Source: an uncultured Solibacteraceae bacterium
GTDB taxonomy: Bacteria; Acidobacteriota; Terriglobia; Bryobacterales; Bryobacteraceae
Reading direction: 5' to 3'
DNA: 64,000 nucleotides
Assembly: GCA_964627045.1 (NCBI GenBank)
Contig: CAZVIK010000001.1
Coordinates: forward strand, 14,902-78,901
In this document: positions 18,196-28,000 of the stretch, piece after piece
How the letters are laid out: each line of letters begins with the position of its first letter
Numbering within the stretch: position 1 is the first letter of the stretch
The notes under the pieces: generated by a model
The model's database searches: none
What the model saw: only the letters and a program-made list of their open reading frames with translations
Told to the model about the DNA's origin: nothing
Position numbers and translations under genes: made by a program

Positions 18196-19122
18196 TCAGA
18201 CCAGGATCTTGGTCTGGAGGTTGGTGATGCTCTTCTTGATATCCCCGAAGATATCGTTGTCGCGGCTCACATCCTGCTCGACGACCATGTACTTCATACC
18301 GGCCACGTCCTTGACGGCCAGAATCGCCTTGAAGTCGATGACGCCCTCGCCCACCGGTGCGATATCGCTCCGGTCGTCGGTGTCGAAGGCTTGCGGCCCC
18401 TTCCCGTAGGAGTCCTTCATGTGGAAGAACTGGAACCGGCCGGGGTACTTCTTGATGATGTCGATTGGATTCTGCCCCGCCTTGGTGGTCCAGAACATGT
18501 CGAGTTCCATCGTCACCAGGTCTTTGTCCAGTTCCGCCAGCATGACATCGAAATAGGGGACCTTCCCCTGGACGGTGGCGAATTCGAAGTTGTGGTTGTG
18601 GTAGCCGAACTGGATCCCGCGCTCCTTCATGATCGCGCCGATCTTGTTCCAGTTGGCCGCCATCTTCTGGTAGCTGGCGATCGTCCTGCGCATCTCTTCG
18701 ACGATCCATGGCTGGAAACAGTACGTGACGCCGAGTTTGAGGTGGTCGTCGGCCATGATCTTGGCGTTGTCCATGGTTACGCCGGCGCCTTCCACCTGCG
18801 TGTGGCTGCTGACGATGGCCAGGCCAAGGTCGTCGCACATCTTCTTAAACTCCGCCGGCTCCTTCCCGTAGAACTTACCCTTGGCGTAGTCGGCCAATTC
18901 CACGAACTTGTACCCCGTGTCGGCGACCCTCTTCAAGGTTCCGGGCAAGTCCGACGCAATCGCGTCGCGAACGGTGTAAAGCTGAATCCCGATATCCGGA
19001 AGCGGAGGCGCTGCCGCCTTCTCTGCCGGCTTCGGCGCGCTGCTACAGGAGTACAGTGATGCCGACAAAGCGCCGGCGGCGGACACCTTGAGGAAGTCCC
19101 TTCTTGAAGCGTTCGTTTTCAT
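18196..19122 (-). CDS. sugar phosphate isomerase/epimerase (xylose isomerase-like TIM barrel), Tat-exported
   Basis: 308 aa with a twin-arginine signal (SRRDFLKVSAAGALS). Carries conserved GYHNHNFEF and ELDMFW blocks of the AP endonuclease 2/xylose isomerase-like TIM-barrel family. Confidence 0.85.
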   Translation of the reverse strand: MKTNASRRDFLKVSAAGALSASLYSCSSAPKPAEKAAAPPLPDIGIQLYTVRDAIASDLPGTLKRVADTGYKFVELADYAKGKFYGKEPAEFKKMCDDLGLAIVSSHTQVEGAGVTMDNAKIMADDHLKLGVTYCFQPWIVEEMRRTIASYQKMAANWNKIGAIMKERGIQFGYHNHNFEFATVQGKVPYFDVMLAELDKDLVTMELDMFWTTKAGQNPIDIIKKYPGRFQFFHMKDSYGKGPQAFDTDDRSDIAPVGEGVIDFKAILAVKDVAGMKYMVVEQDVSRDNDIFGDIKKSITNLQTKILV

Positions 19123-19234
19123 GCATGCCTTCCTTTGCCTATGAAGTGCTGGTTGCCTCGTGTGCCTCCCGTGCCGCGCCTCCGGCTGGAACCGGCCGAA
19201 GGCGCGGGCGGGAAGCGTTTCGAGAGCCCGGGGC

Positions 19235-20629
19235 CTAGGCGCCCTTGATGGTCCGGGAAGCGTCGTCCCAGACCGCGACCGTCTTGTTGAAGTACGAGTA
19301 GTTCGACAGGTGGCAGCCGGCGATGGCGGCGATGTTCCCGAATGTCTCGTTCTCCACGGTGGGCTTGCGCGTTCTCACCGCCTGGAAGAAATTCGCCAGG
19401 TGATCCCGCATGTCGCTGTAGCCCGAAGGAACGCCGTAGATCTCCTGCTCCTGCTGCACGGCGAACTTGCCTTGCGGCGTCGCCGGGTTCTGCTGGTTCC
19501 ACTCCGCGATGTACTGCTGGCGGTCCTTCTCCGGCCAGCCGCCGATGGAATAGCCTTCGCGCGTGCGGAAGGGCGGCTCGGGACGGATCGCCAGCGACGC
19601 TCCGGCGCCGAGCGATGCCGGCGCGCCCTCGCCGTTGATGAACATCGTGCCCCGCTTCCCGTAGAAGGCGAAGAGCTGGTTCTGGTTCTGGTTGTTCTGG
19701 TTGCAGCGCAGCACCAGTTTGAACTTGGGGTAATCGTAGACGGACCATTGAAGGTCGGGGAACTCGCGGCCGTCCTTGTAGTGGTACACGTCCCCGGTGG
19801 AATACGCTCGCGAGGGCGGCGCGGTGACGCCGGTGATGTAGTGTACGCCGGAGATCAGGTGCACGAACAGGTCTCCGGGAAGTCCCTGGCCGTAATCGCG
19901 ATAGCAGCGCCAGGAAACGAAGCGCCGTCCGTCCAGGTTCCGCTTGGGCGCGTTACCGAGCCAGGCGCCCCAGTCGATGGTCTTTTCGTTCAGGTTCGGG
20001 GGAATCGGATAGACCCAGGCCCCGCTGTCGCTGTTGCGGTCCCAGACGGCCTCGATGGTGTGGACCTCGCCCAGCCGGCCGGAGTCCCAAATCTCCTTGG
20101 CCTTCGCGTAGAGGATCGAGCTGACGCGCTGGCTACCGATCTGGCAGACCCGCTTGTTCTTCTGGATCGCGTCGATCATCGCGTAGCCGTCTTCCAGCTT
20201 GTGCGACATCGGCTTCTCGCAATAGACGTCCTTGCCGGCCTGGGCCGCTTCCACCGTGATCTGCCGGTGCCAGTGGTCCGGCGTTGCGACGATCACGGCG
20301 TCGATGTCCTTGCGTTCGAGAAGCCGCCGGTAATCTCGGGTGGCATCGACGTTCCGGCCAATAACCTCCCTTGCGGAAGTATGGCGTGCGTCGTACACGT
20401 CGGCCACCATCACACATTCAATTCCGGATACCCCGCGGCTGGCGCGCAACAGGTCGCAGCCTTCGGTCCCCGTACCGATGACTCCGAACCGGACAGTATT
20501 CGACGGTGCCGAAGATTGCTGCTGAACGCTCGCTTCCAGCATCGTCATGTTGCCGGCCGCCAGCCCTACAGGCACGGCGCCCGCACCCAGCCGGACAAAG
20601 TTGCGTCTTGTCACCGAGGGCAGTTTCAT
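19235..20629 (-). CDS. Gfo/Idh/MocA family oxidoreductase, Tat-exported
   Basis: 464 aa with a twin-arginine signal (TRRNFVRLGAGA), Rossmann motif RFGVIGTGTEG and EKP motif (YCEKPMSH). AGGAGG SD upstream. Confidence 0.9.
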   Translation of the reverse strand: MKLPSVTRRNFVRLGAGAVPVGLAAGNMTMLEASVQQQSSAPSNTVRFGVIGTGTEGCDLLRASRGVSGIECVMVADVYDARHTSAREVIGRNVDATRDYRRLLERKDIDAVIVATPDHWHRQITVEAAQAGKDVYCEKPMSHKLEDGYAMIDAIQKNKRVCQIGSQRVSSILYAKAKEIWDSGRLGEVHTIEAVWDRNSDSGAWVYPIPPNLNEKTIDWGAWLGNAPKRNLDGRRFVSWRCYRDYGQGLPGDLFVHLISGVHYITGVTAPPSRAYSTGDVYHYKDGREFPDLQWSVYDYPKFKLVLRCNQNNQNQNQLFAFYGKRGTMFINGEGAPASLGAGASLAIRPEPPFRTREGYSIGGWPEKDRQQYIAEWNQQNPATPQGKFAVQQEQEIYGVPSGYSDMRDHLANFFQAVRTRKPTVENETFGNIAAIAGCHLSNYSYFNKTVAVWDDASRTIKGA

Positions 20630-20814
20630 GTCAGATCAGACCTCCTAATTGAGAACTCCAAGATGGCTCGATTCGAGCCGTCGATAGCTAGTGTAGCGTG
20701 GCCGTGCCAATGCCCGCCCGTCTTCGGCGGCGGCGCCCCCACACTGCCGCACTGCGCCCCAACCGCCTGGCGTACCACACGCTCGACTCCGCCTCGCCGG
20801 TTCAGGCCATGTTC

Positions 20815-20843
20815 AGATTAGTCTGTATGCACATTGGTGTCAA
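20815..20843 (-). promoter_or_regulatory. candidate sigma70-type promoter for the oxidoreductase/TIM-barrel pair
   Basis: On the minus strand there is a perfect -35 TTGACA (20838-20843), a 17-nt spacer and a -10-like TAATCT (20815-20820). It sits in the only AT-enriched patch of the 285-nt intergenic region. Confidence 0.35.
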
Positions 20844-20914
20844 GGGTGGCCAAGCTCCGCCCCAAGGCAGCCGTGCCGTCTCCCGCTTCTCCCGGCGCCG
20901 GCCGGCCAACCGGG

Positions 20915-23080
20915 CTAAAACCGGAACGTGTAGTTGACCTTGGCTCGCACGTCGGTCCGCAAAGCTTCGAAGCGGTCCATCTCGTTCTCCTTCCACTCGT
21001 GGTTGAGGACGAAGTAGACCTCCTGGCCAGGCTTCAATATCCAGCGCAGGCGGCTCTGCAAGCCAATGTTGCGCGAATCGGTGTCGTACTGCACGAAGTT
21101 CTGGATGCTGAGCATCGGGCTGAAGAAGTAGCGCAGCCGTACCAGGAGCAGCGACGTATTGAAGTTGCCTTCCTTCAGGCGTACCCAATACTGCCGCATT
21201 TCCGCGCTGGTGGTAATGCGCTCGCTCTTGCGCCAGGTAACGCTACCGTTCAGTTCGTCGCTGCTGCCGGTATAGAACCCGCCTCGGTTGTAGCGGAGCG
21301 AATAGGTCAACGGCTTGTTGTTGGGACCGACGAAGGACGCCGCGTGCCGGGTGTAGGAATACAGCCCGACGGGGATTCGAATGCCATCGTGAATGCCGAA
21401 CGGCGAGAACAGGTTTTCGGTGGAGCGGCTGACGGTGTAGCTGAGCTGCTGCCCCCCGTGAAAGAGAATCCCGAGGGGGCTGAAGGAGTAGGCGCGCGAT
21501 TCCACGGCGTCGTGGATGGTGCTGTGGTAGTCGCTGAAGTCGAACTCGACGCTGACCTGCCGGATGTAGCGATGCCCTTTGGGGCGGGGGGCGAAACGGG
21601 CGGTGGCGGAGTTTGTCCGCACGCCCCGCCGCTGCACGTAGCCCAGCTTCGGATCGAAGTTCCGGCCGATCTCCTGCACGGCGTAGCTCAGGTTGATGCG
21701 GTCGTTGGGGTACCGGACCTGCGCGCCGTAGGCGGCATCGTGATCGCGAATTCCCGGCGTGTCGGTCTTCATGCCGTAGGCCGCGACATCGAAGTTCTTC
21801 CGCTTGCCCATGAGGTTGGAGGTGGCCAGCAGTATGTCCGCGCCGCCCAGCGTATTATCGGTCGCGCCGGTGGGTTCGCCGTGCGTGAAGATGCCGCCCA
21901 CGTAGGACTGCCGCCCGAAGCCGTACTTGGCTCGGCCGACGACGAAGTTCTGACTTTGCACGGTGTCCGAATCGCGCGTCAGCACGTCCAACAGGCCCAT
22001 CTCCAGCCGCCCGATTTTCCCCGTCAGTTTTTCGCCGAACAGAATGGGGACCGTCTCGCCGCCTACCAGCCCGATGCGGCGAGAGAAAAACGGCAACAGC
22101 GTGGTCCCCGACCCGGGTAGGCCGAACTGAAACACGCCGGCCTCTTCCAGGAAGAAGGCGCGCTTCTCGGGGAAGAACAGCGAGAAGCGCGTCAGGTTCA
22201 CCTGCCGCGTGTCCACCTCGGTTTCGGCGAAGTCCGTATTGATGGTGGTGCTGGATAGGAAGGTGGGTGTGATCCGGTAGAAGAGATCCACGCCCGCTTC
22301 GGCGACCGGATCGACCTTGTCGACACGCGTCGCCTCGCGGTTCACGCCAATTAGGCCGTACGGCTTGATGTCCAGACCGATGCCCTGAGAGAGGCCTTGC
22401 AGCCCCTCGATGTCGCCGGCGCGGGAGACGGCGTGAATGGTGGAATCCAGCACGGCGCCCTCCCAACGGGACTCCTCGTTGATGCGCGCGATGGTGCGCT
22501 CGATGTTGAAACCCCAGGTGGTGACACTGGACTTGAAGGTCAGCGTCTTGAACGGGATTTCCAGTTCGGCGGTCCACCCGCGATCGTCGATCCGCGTGCG
22601 CGCATTCCAAATGCCGTCCCAGCTCACGTCGGCCAGGCGGTTTTCGACGATACGCCCGTCGCTCATCGAGCCGGCGGCATTCAGTTGAAGGTAGTAGCCG
22701 CTGCGGCGATCGTGCATCGGATCGATGACGATCTCCAGGCTGTCGTCGTCGAACGGACGCCCGTCCCGCGCCATCGTCGTATTGAGGATCTTCTTTGGTT
22801 CAGGATCCAGGCACCGCACGGCCATGTAGAGGGCGTTGTCGTCGTATGCCAGGCGGACCTCGGTCTGAAACGTCGGCGGCTTGCCGGGGTAGGGATCGGC
22901 CTGAACGAAATCGCCGATGTGGGCGATGTCGCGCCAGACGGCTTCATCCAGGTTGCCGTCGATTCGCGGCGGCGTGGCCACCCGGACGACCGTGGCACGC
23001 CGGACTTCCGCGGCGCGGCCCGAAAACGCAAACAGGAATAGTGCGGACACACAACATACGTAGAAACGGAAAGATGCCAT
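20915..23080 (-). CDS. CBM9-like/DUF5916 domain protein (secreted, probable outer-membrane associated)
   Basis: 721 aa with a signal peptide. The N-terminal block PPRIDGNLDEAVWRD...YMAVRCLDPEP is typical of carbohydrate-binding family 9-like domains. The long beta-rich C-terminus ends in an aromatic residue (YTFRF). Confidence 0.75.
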   Translation of the reverse strand: MASFRFYVCCVSALFLFAFSGRAAEVRRATVVRVATPPRIDGNLDEAVWRDIAHIGDFVQADPYPGKPPTFQTEVRLAYDDNALYMAVRCLDPEPKKILNTTMARDGRPFDDDSLEIVIDPMHDRRSGYYLQLNAAGSMSDGRIVENRLADVSWDGIWNARTRIDDRGWTAELEIPFKTLTFKSSVTTWGFNIERTIARINEESRWEGAVLDSTIHAVSRAGDIEGLQGLSQGIGLDIKPYGLIGVNREATRVDKVDPVAEAGVDLFYRITPTFLSSTTINTDFAETEVDTRQVNLTRFSLFFPEKRAFFLEEAGVFQFGLPGSGTTLLPFFSRRIGLVGGETVPILFGEKLTGKIGRLEMGLLDVLTRDSDTVQSQNFVVGRAKYGFGRQSYVGGIFTHGEPTGATDNTLGGADILLATSNLMGKRKNFDVAAYGMKTDTPGIRDHDAAYGAQVRYPNDRINLSYAVQEIGRNFDPKLGYVQRRGVRTNSATARFAPRPKGHRYIRQVSVEFDFSDYHSTIHDAVESRAYSFSPLGILFHGGQQLSYTVSRSTENLFSPFGIHDGIRIPVGLYSYTRHAASFVGPNNKPLTYSLRYNRGGFYTGSSDELNGSVTWRKSERITTSAEMRQYWVRLKEGNFNTSLLLVRLRYFFSPMLSIQNFVQYDTDSRNIGLQSRLRWILKPGQEVYFVLNHEWKENEMDRFEALRTDVRAKVNYTFRF

Positions 23081-23280
23081 AAACCTTCATCCTCGACGTA
23101 AGACTGGTCTGCTCTTGTGGAGTAGAGGAAGTATATCATTCGGAAGGTGGTTGCGTCGAAAGGCGCACGGCCGGTGCGGGAATCGATGGATCCGCGGGGG
23201 CCCCCGGTAATCGGGACAGTGGCGCCGCGGGCCGGATAGGGCGGCCCCGGCTAGGACCGCCCCAACTGCGGCTCTGCGGA

Positions 23281-25551
23281 CTAACGGACGACGCGGAACT
23301 CGCCGTGCAACTTGGCGGCGGAGTCGCCGCCCACCCACACGTCGAACGCTTCGGCTTCCTGGATCCACGCGCGGTCGGTCGTGCTCCAGTAGCTCAACTC
23401 GTCTTTGCCGAGGACGAAGGAGACCGTCCGGGTTTCTCCGGGCTTCAGCGTGACGCGCTCGAAGCCCTTCAGCAGGCGCACCGGGCGCGAGGATTTGCCG
23501 GCCCTCTGGTGTATGTAGAGTTGCGCCACCTCGTCGGCCGCCACCTTACCGTTGTTGCGGAGGTCGACCGAGACTTCGACCTTCTCGCCGAGCTTCACCT
23601 GGGGCTGCCGCAGGCGCAGGTTCGAGTACTCGAAGGTCGTGTAGCTGAGTCCGTAGCCGAACGGATACAGCGGCGACGAGACGTCATCCCAATAACGCGA
23701 GGTGAACCGCTCGGACCCCTCGGGCTGGTGCGAGAGATTGTGCGCGTAGTAGAGGGGCACATGGCCGGCGTGCCGCGGCCAGGTGACCGGCAACTTGCCG
23801 CCGGGGACCGCGTCGCCGAACAGCAAGTCGGCGATGGCGTTGCCGCCTTCTGTGCCCGGATGCCAGGCCTCGAGGATGGCGGGGATGTGGGTGGACGCCC
23901 ACACCAGGTTGAGCGGACGGCCGTTGATGAGCACCAGCACCACAGGCTTGCCCATCGCGGTCACCGTTTCCATCAACTCCTGCTGGCGCCCGGGGAATTC
24001 TATCGTGGATTGCGACGCCGACTCGCCGCTCTGGCTGGCCAGTTCGCCCAGTGCGAGCACGATCAGGTCGGACCGTTTGGCGAGCGCAATGGCGTCGTCC
24101 CAGGCCTTCTTGGCCTCCGCTTCGGTCCAGGGCTTCGGCGCGGGACCCGGGAACATGGACGGGAACTTCCGCTCAAGCTGGACGGCCGGCGCAGATTCCA
24201 CCCGCGCCCCGGCGCCCAGCTTGTTGCGGATGCCCTCATAGACCGTAACCGAGTCCTTGGGGTCGCCCTGCCGCGCCCAGTCCGTGATCATGTGGTCGGC
24301 GTTGTCGGCCAACGGACCGATCACGGCGATGCTGCGCGAGGTGGACTTCGCCAGGGGCAGCAGCGCGTTCTCGTTACGAAGCAGCACGGCGCTGCGGGCG
24401 GCCGCTACGCGCGTCAACGAGCGGTGCTCGGGCGTGCTCAACACCTTCTCGACGGCCGACTCGTCGACGTAGGGATTCTCGAAAAGCCCCAACCGGATCT
24501 TGGCGTCCAGGATCGGCCGTACCAGTTCGTCCAACTCGGACATGGTGACCTGGCCGCCGGCCACCGCCTTGGCGATGTTCTCCATGAAGGTCCCGCTGGC
24601 CATGTCCATGTTGGTGCCGGCCTTGAAGGCGCGGAGAGCGGCGTCGGCGCGGTCGCGCGCGAAGCCCTGTATCTGGAGGTTGCCGATGCCAAGCGCGTCG
24701 CTGACCACGAAGCCGCGGAAGCCCCAGTTCTGGCGGAGGGTCTCGCGCAGCAGGAAGTGGTTGGCTGTGGCGGGCACGTCGTTGAGATCCATGTAGGCGC
24801 TCATGAAACTGCCCACGCCCGCCTCGACGGCCGCCTTAAACGGGGGCAGATACACGTTGAACAACTCGGTGTCGGAAAGAAACACCGAGTCGTAGTCGCG
24901 CCCGCCGTGGGGCGCGCCATAGCCGGCGAAGTGCTTGGCGCAGGCCAGCACGTGTCCGGGAGCCCCGACATAGGCGCCCTGGAAGCCGCGCACCTGGGCC
25001 TTGGCAACGGCCGCGCCGAGGAAAGGATCCTCACCCGCGCCCTCGATCATCCGGCCCCAACGGGGATCCCGTGCGATGTCCAGCATCGGCGCGAAGGTCC
25101 AGTGAATCCCCGCGGCACGCGCTTCCCGCGCGGCCACCGTTTGGGCGCGTTCGATGAGCGCCGGATCCCAGGACGCGGCCATGGCCAGCGGCATCGGGAA
25201 GATGTTGCGGTAGCCGTGGATCACGTCCAACCCGAAGATTAACGGAATGCGTAACCGGGACTCGCTCATCGCGATCTTCTGTAGCTTGTTCAGTGCCGCC
25301 GTTCCGCGCACCCACAATACGGACCCGCCCATGCCCTTGCGCAGCCGGTCCTCAAGCTGATTGGCGTCAGGAACGTAGGCGCCGGGGAGTTGGACCAGTT
25401 GGCCCACCTTCTCGTCCACCGTCATCTGCTTGAGCAGTCCTTCCACGCGCGCCGCGACCTGCTGATCGTTCGGCGGTGCAGCGGTCTGGGCCGCCGCCAT
25501 CGTGGCCAGGCCCGCCAGTGCGGCCAGGGCCAGAGCACTTCTCACTTGCAT
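23281..25551 (-). CDS. bglX: glycoside hydrolase family 3 beta-glucosidase (BglX-like), secreted
   Basis: 756 aa with a signal peptide. Carries GH3 N-domain motifs (GLDVIHGY, DIARDPRWGR, catalytic GFVVSD), a C-terminal alpha/beta domain and a fibronectin-like domain. Confidence 0.92.
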   Translation of the reverse strand: MQVRSALALAALAGLATMAAAQTAAPPNDQQVAARVEGLLKQMTVDEKVGQLVQLPGAYVPDANQLEDRLRKGMGGSVLWVRGTAALNKLQKIAMSESRLRIPLIFGLDVIHGYRNIFPMPLAMAASWDPALIERAQTVAAREARAAGIHWTFAPMLDIARDPRWGRMIEGAGEDPFLGAAVAKAQVRGFQGAYVGAPGHVLACAKHFAGYGAPHGGRDYDSVFLSDTELFNVYLPPFKAAVEAGVGSFMSAYMDLNDVPATANHFLLRETLRQNWGFRGFVVSDALGIGNLQIQGFARDRADAALRAFKAGTNMDMASGTFMENIAKAVAGGQVTMSELDELVRPILDAKIRLGLFENPYVDESAVEKVLSTPEHRSLTRVAAARSAVLLRNENALLPLAKSTSRSIAVIGPLADNADHMITDWARQGDPKDSVTVYEGIRNKLGAGARVESAPAVQLERKFPSMFPGPAPKPWTEAEAKKAWDDAIALAKRSDLIVLALGELASQSGESASQSTIEFPGRQQELMETVTAMGKPVVLVLINGRPLNLVWASTHIPAILEAWHPGTEGGNAIADLLFGDAVPGGKLPVTWPRHAGHVPLYYAHNLSHQPEGSERFTSRYWDDVSSPLYPFGYGLSYTTFEYSNLRLRQPQVKLGEKVEVSVDLRNNGKVAADEVAQLYIHQRAGKSSRPVRLLKGFERVTLKPGETRTVSFVLGKDELSYWSTTDRAWIQEAEAFDVWVGGDSAAKLHGEFRVVR

Positions 25552-25645
25552 GCAATCCTCCTCTCGTTAGGATACACTCTGACGCGGGACCTCTCGCGGC
25601 GGAAAGCGGGTCCGCGTGTCAGACTGGTCTCTGGAGGTCGCCGCG

Positions 25646-27163
25646 ATGGATGAGAGCAGGGTACGCGTCGCCGACGGGGTTCTCGAAGGAACGGTTCTGC
25701 CGCGCTCCGCGACGCGGGTTTTTCGCGGTATCCCGTATGCGGCTCCGCCGATGGGGGGACTCCGGTGGAAGCCTCCGCAACCGGCACGTCCCTGGACCGG
25801 CATCCGAAAGTCGCTCCAATTCGGCCCCCGCGCGGTCCAGCCCGCGATCTTTCCGGACATGATCTTCCCGGAGAATGCCGAGAGCGAGGACTGCCTTTAC
25901 CTGAATGTTTGGACGCCCGCCCGTGAGACCGGAGAACGGCTCCCCGTTCTGGTCTACTTCCATGGCGGGGGGTTCGCCGCCGGCTCGGGCGCCGAGCCGC
26001 GATACGGCGGGGAGAACTTCGCGGCCCGGGGCGTCGTTGCCGTGACGGTGAACTACCGGTTGGGTGTGATCGGGTTCCTGTCGCACCCAGAACTGAGCGC
26101 CGAATCGCCGGACCGTGCGTCGGGCAACTACGGCATGCTGGACCAAGTGGCGGCGCTGCGTTGGGTGCGCGATAACATCGCCGCGTTTGGCGGCGATCCC
26201 GGCAGAGTGACCATCGGCGGCGAGTCGGCGGGGTCGTTTTCGGTGAGCGCCCTGATGGCGTCGCCGTTATCGCGGGATCTGTTCCGCGGCGCCATCGGAC
26301 AGAGCGGCGCTTTCTTCACGACGGGAGCGGGAACGCTGGCGCTCAGAACGCTCGCCGAAAGCGAAGAGCAGGGAATTGAATTCGCCCGGTCGGTGGGCGC
26401 GACGTCTCTGGCCGAACTGCGCGCCAGGTCCGCCGGGGAGCTGGTGGCGGCGGCGCTGAAGATGGGGATGGTCGCCTTCAGCCCGAACATCGACGGGCGT
26501 TTCCTGCCGGGGAGCGTCCTGTCCCTCTACGAACGGGGTGAGCAAAGCCGGATCCCGCTGCTCGCCGGCTGGAACGCCGACGAGGTCCGCGCCGGCGTGC
26601 TCGCCGAGCCGGAGAAGTACACCGCCGCAGCCTTCCGCGAACAACTGCGCGCCACGTTCCGGGAACACGCTGACGCCGCGCTGGCTCTTTATCCCGCATC
26701 GACCGATGCCCAGGCCCTGCGCAGCGCCGGCGACTTGGCGAGCGACCGGTTTGTCGCGCACTGCACCTGGAAGTGGATCGAGATGCAGCGCCGCACGGCG
26801 CGCGCCCCGGTCTATCGCTATGTCTTTGATCGCCCCGCCCCGTTCCACGCCGGAACCTCGGTCGCAGGATTGGACCGGTTGGCCGGACACGCTTGGGAGA
26901 TTGAATACGCCTTCGGAACCCTGGACTCCATGCACGCTCCCTGGGACGCAGACGACCGCAAGGTATCGGAGACGATGCTCGGCTACTGGGCCAACTTCGT
27001 CAAGCACGGCGACCCCAACGGCGCGGGGCTACCCCGGTGGCCGGAATTCGGCGCCGCCCGGGAAGTGATGCACCTGGACGCGGTGAGCCGCCCTTTGCCC
27101 GAAGAGCATAGGGCGCGCTACGAGTTTCTGGATCGGTTCTATTTCGGCGAGGGCTGCCGGTAG
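25646..27163 (+). CDS. carboxylesterase/lipase family protein (type B)
   Basis: Shows [19 protein letters not shown], the oxyanion HGGGF, the nucleophile elbow GESAGS, and a C-terminal [13 protein letters not shown] block. ATG at 25646 is preferred over GTG at 25616. No signal peptide. Confidence 0.85.
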   Translation: MDESRVRVADGVLEGTVLPRSATRVFRGIPYAAPPMGGLRWKPPQPARPWTGIRKSLQFGPRAVQPAIFPDMIFPENAESEDCLYLNVWTPARETGERLPVLVYFHGGGFAAGSGAEPRYGGENFAARGVVAVTVNYRLGVIGFLSHPELSAESPDRASGNYGMLDQVAALRWVRDNIAAFGGDPGRVTIGGESAGSFSVSALMASPLSRDLFRGAIGQSGAFFTTGAGTLALRTLAESEEQGIEFARSVGATSLAELRARSAGELVAAALKMGMVAFSPNIDGRFLPGSVLSLYERGEQSRIPLLAGWNADEVRAGVLAEPEKYTAAAFREQLRATFREHADAALALYPASTDAQALRSAGDLASDRFVAHCTWKWIEMQRRTARAPVYRYVFDRPAPFHAGTSVAGLDRLAGHAWEIEYAFGTLDSMHAPWDADDRKVSETMLGYWANFVKHGDPNGAGLPRWPEFGAAREVMHLDAVSRPLPEEHRARYEFLDRFYFGEGCR

Positions 27164-27171
27164 GGGGGTCG

Positions 27172-27840
27172 CTACTTCTTCGTCCCGGCCTTCTTCGGCG
27201 CCGCCGGCGCGCCTTCCCGTTCGATGGTGACGCGCGTGATAACAACCGGCGTGCGCGGCTTATCGTTGGAGTCGCGCGGAACCGCGCCGATCTTCTTGAC
27301 CGTGTCCTGTCCTTCGACCACCTGTCCGAAGATCGTGTGCAGGCCGTTCAGGTGCGGTGCGGGAGCCTCGGTGATAAAGAACTGGCAGTTGCCGGAATTC
27401 CTGTCGCCGGTGTTGGCCATGCCAAGCCGGCCGGGCCGGTCGAACTTCAGGCTGGCGTCGAATTCGTCCGGGACCGTGAAGCCCGGCTCGTAGGTCCCCG
27501 CGCCCGTAGGGTCCCCCATCTGGACCATGAAACCCGGGATCACCCGGTGGATGGCGATGCCGTCGTAGAACGGCCGACGGACCATCTGGTTCGTCTTGGG
27601 GTCGCGGAACGCCTTCCCGCCGCGCGCCAGCGCCACGAAGTTCTCCACCGTCTTGGGCGCTTCCTTTTCGTAGAGCCGCACCGTGAGGCTGCCCAAGGAA
27701 GTCGCGATTCTTGCGTACAGCCCGGGTTCCCGCGGCGGCGTCACCAGGGGTATCGCCGGCTGCGCCGACGCGGTTTGGGCTATCATGACTGCGAAAGCGA
27801 TTGTAGGAAAAACGGCTGTCAGCCGCGGCCGGACGCTCAT
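27172..27840 (-). CDS. peptidylprolyl isomerase (cyclophilin type), secreted
   Basis: 222 aa with a signal peptide and cyclophilin blocks (FHRVIPGFMVQMGDP, GRLGMANTG, NGSQFFIT-like GNCQFFIT, LNGLHTIFG). Confidence 0.9.
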   Translation of the reverse strand: MSVRPRLTAVFPTIAFAVMIAQTASAQPAIPLVTPPREPGLYARIATSLGSLTVRLYEKEAPKTVENFVALARGGKAFRDPKTNQMVRRPFYDGIAIHRVIPGFMVQMGDPTGAGTYEPGFTVPDEFDASLKFDRPGRLGMANTGDRNSGNCQFFITEAPAPHLNGLHTIFGQVVEGQDTVKKIGAVPRDSNDKPRTPVVITRVTIEREGAPAAPKKAGTKK

Positions 27841-27921
27841 TCACGCTGATTATACTACGCGCCTTGCGGCGGCCAGAACGTCCCGGCGGCAGTGCCTTCC
27901 CGCCGGCAGGGCGTCTTCATA

Positions 27922-27950
27922 TTGTGCGCGGCTCGAACAAGAGCTAGAAT
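27922..27950 (+). promoter_or_regulatory. candidate promoter of the GntR-family regulator gene
   Basis: TTGTGC (-35), a 17-nt spacer and TAGAAT (-10), about 50 nt upstream of the ATG at 28001, with GGAG SD in between. Confidence 0.35.
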
Positions 27951-28000
27951 TGGCAGCGGTATACATTTCAATGTTTTCATAACGGAGCGAGTCAAATCCT

